Of a stretch of 20,000 nucleotides of DNA, positions 19,755 through 20,000 are shown one piece after another. A program made the position numbers and the translations under genes. The notes under the pieces are model-generated. The model did no database searches. It was not told where the DNA came from and worked only from the letters and a program-made list of their open reading frames with translations. The stretch spans positions 49,972 to 69,971 of the forward strand of contig JALJEE010002534.1 in assembly GCA_023231475.1 (NCBI GenBank), read 5' to 3'. Numbering within the stretch: the first letter of the stretch is position 1; each line of letters starts with the position of its first letter. Source of the stretch: Seison nebaliae (lineage: Eukaryota).

Positions 19755-20000
19755 AATATCGATTGAAATATATATAACATTTTGGGGGAGTTCATCGTTA
19801 CCTCACACTTTTATCACCAGGAACCTGTCAGATGATATCAACAGCGACGCTACCGATCTACTTCTGGTGTCAGCTTAATAGTTTACTCACACAGCCATCC
19901 AGATAATTAACTCTTAATCACCCCAGATTAATTAAGATGGTTACGAATTCGGCATGTGATTAAGTTCTTTTTGGTAAACTTAGCAGACACACCCTTGCGT

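Overview
AT-rich, gene-dense eukaryotic (probably metazoan) nuclear DNA with short GT-AG introns and the standard genetic code; it is not prokaryotic, and I cannot identify the organism from sequence alone. From left to right: (1) a 4-exon valyl-tRNA synthetase, probably the mitochondrial VARS2 type (+, 500-3490), with a ~36-bp minisatellite in intron 2; (2) an intronless 498-aa ORF that by eye carries the Cys-box and His-box of a very divergent USP/peptidase-C19 deubiquitinase (+, 3820-5316); (3) a broken-frame segment with a fold-back repeat (~5950-6750); (4) a 2-exon gene, largely missed by the ORF track, for a 166-aa secreted Gly/Ala/Gln-rich protein ending in a G-RR amidation-like signal (+, 7604-8148), with a TATA box and four clustered TGACGTGT motifs upstream; (5) an intronless polypeptide GalNAc-transferase (-, 9036-11144); (6) about 4.4 kb with no credible long ORF, containing a candidate bidirectional promoter; (7) tRNA-Ala(CGC) (-, 15656-15728); (8) a 2-exon DUF229 (alkaline phosphatase/sulfatase superfamily) gene (-, 16013-18707); (9) a decayed non-LTR retrotransposon RT relic (-, ~18968-19754). 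The most interesting items are the cryptic USP-like protein, the secreted low-complexity protein with its motif cluster, and the fact that all five inferred introns begin GTT rather than GT(A/G). All family calls come from motif recognition by eye, with no database search.
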